A stretch of 63,899 nt of DNA, the filler included, from Octopus bimaculoides (taxonomy: Eukaryota): NCBI RefSeq assembly GCF_001194135.2. It is 7 parts of 6 records of this genome, joined end to end, with 100 filler letters (N's around TTAATTAATTAA, not from the genome) between each part and the next. Parts side by side here need not be neighbours in the genome. Positions count along the whole stretch, not along the records: positions 62,007 to 63,899 come from NW_026398000.1; 6 more parts are not named here. One strand, given 5' to 3'. The first letter of the stretch is position 1, and every line of letters starts with the position of its first letter. Under the pieces are notes generated by a model. That model saw nothing but the letters and a program-made list of their open reading frames with translations. It made no database searches and was not told the DNA's origin. Below are positions 62,512 to 63,899 of this stretch, piece after piece. A program made the translations under genes and the position numbers.

Positions 62512-62934
62512 GTAAATTTTTAAACGATAAAGAAAGGCAGAGCGGTTAGGCATAATGTGTGCTAGGAAAATAATCAAGATGATCACGGCTGGAACGCATT
62601 TTATCATTGAGATATTAACTCGATCAAAGCTGATCTCAGGATAATCCTTCATTTCCTTTTTGCTCATTTGGAGACACACACACATGTGCATGCGCACACA
62701 CAGCTATTTCTTTAATTCTTTTATTCACTTCAGCCATACGACTACAGTCACGCTGGAACACCACTGTGATTTTGTACCTTTTCAACATCTTTGTGTTTTG
62801 CTGATTATTTTGAGCGGGGGTGGGGATTTCATACCATCACTCCTGCAAGTGCTTCCTACCCCATCCCGCTTGTTGGCCTATTTAGTGCATAAGGGAGTTT
62901 GACACCGCTGCTCTCATCTGTACTTCATACCGAG

Positions 62935-63344
62935 CAGGGCCGGATTAAAACCCGTCGAGGTGCAAAACAATAAAAAGATTTTGGTGCCTCCATAAAAAAT
63001 TATGTAATTCAAAACATAAACAATAACAAACCTTGAAATAAACTTTTATTTTTCAAAACGAAACAAAACAGTAAGAGGGAAAAAATGTTTATTTTTATAT
63101 ACTTCCACTTCAATTTGAAATGTTTCCTCTCACTTTTTTGAATTGCAAAGTCTTTGATTAATAAATTATAGGAAACACATCTGCATCTATACTTAGTAAA
63201 GATAAAGGCATCTCGAATATTACTTTAGCAAGTTTAAAGTAATTTCTTTTGTGTCGTAAACCATTTACCATTTCTGTGGGGCCACCTCCTTCCCTTGATG
63301 CCCTAAGCATGTTCCTTTTTTGCTTAATGATTAATCCAGTGCTG
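62935..63344 (-). mobile_element. Non-autonomous hAT element retaining the transposase C-terminal remnant
   Basis: Imperfect TIRs CAGGGCCGGATTAA / TTAATCCAGTGCTG; LSLLSIDAD..IKDFAIQK-like peptide; no 8-bp TSD seen. Confidence 0.65.
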
Positions 63345-63544
63345 CGCACACAGACACACACACATACATATATTCGCTTGTTGGTGATAGCTTTCTTCCT
63401 TGTCAGTCATAAGAAAAGCGGTTGCCGGTGGTAAAGAGTTGTTTTGACTCTTATTTCTAGCAATGCTGATGCTGATTAGCACCCTTAGTCACCTTACTGA
63501 CACCTAAATTTCTGCCCTTTGGTTGTAAATTGTGACAAGTCAAC

Positions 63545-63550
63545 TTAATA

Positions 63551-63594
<44 letters not shown>

Positions 63595-63899
63595 CATATG
63601 TACATACATATATATTTATGCACATATATGAATATGTATATACATTTGTATATATATGTATATACATATATATATATGTATGTAGATACATATATGTACG
63701 TATATACATATATATGTGTGTGTATATATATATATATGTATATACATATACATATGTGTATGAATATATACATATGTATATAGATACAGATATATGTGTG
63801 TGTGAATATATATATATATGTACATACATATGTACATATTTGTGTATTCATATGTATGTACATATATATGTATCTATTTGAATGTATATGTATATATAT
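63545..63899 (+). repeat. Compound (TA)/(TG)/(CA) microsatellite
   Basis: Direct reading. Confidence 0.95.

Overview
AT-rich, repeat-dense eukaryotic (metazoan) DNA. The SINE set and the microsatellite load resemble Octopus genomic sequence; this is recognition, not a database hit. Six artificial 100-nt linkers (44N-TTAATTAATTAA-44N) show that the window is stitched from seven separate pieces, and nine further N-gaps mostly lie in microsatellites. There is no complete host gene; the best coding candidate is one orphan 327-nt exon at 62185-62511. The window contains four tRNA-derived SINE families (my labels A, B, D, E), many 3'-end fragments of an RTE LINE (label C), decayed LINEs (L1/Tx1, RTE, R4/Dong, HERO-like, CR1/Jockey-group), a Helitron remnant, and mariner, hAT and piggyBac remnants or MITEs. 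The most interesting signal is a set of minimal type-I hammerhead ribozyme motifs (about 6.4, 28.5, 31.5, 37.5 and 53.8 kb, weaker at 3.1 and 58.6 kb). Two of them sit on the symmetry axis of about 400-bp fold-back elements that share a conserved 58-nt block, suggesting a non-autonomous, Penelope- or retrozyme-like palindromic ribozyme element family. A head-to-head tRNA-like palindrome at 48.3-48.5 kb is also notable. Ribozyme activity and family status are inferences and need testing.
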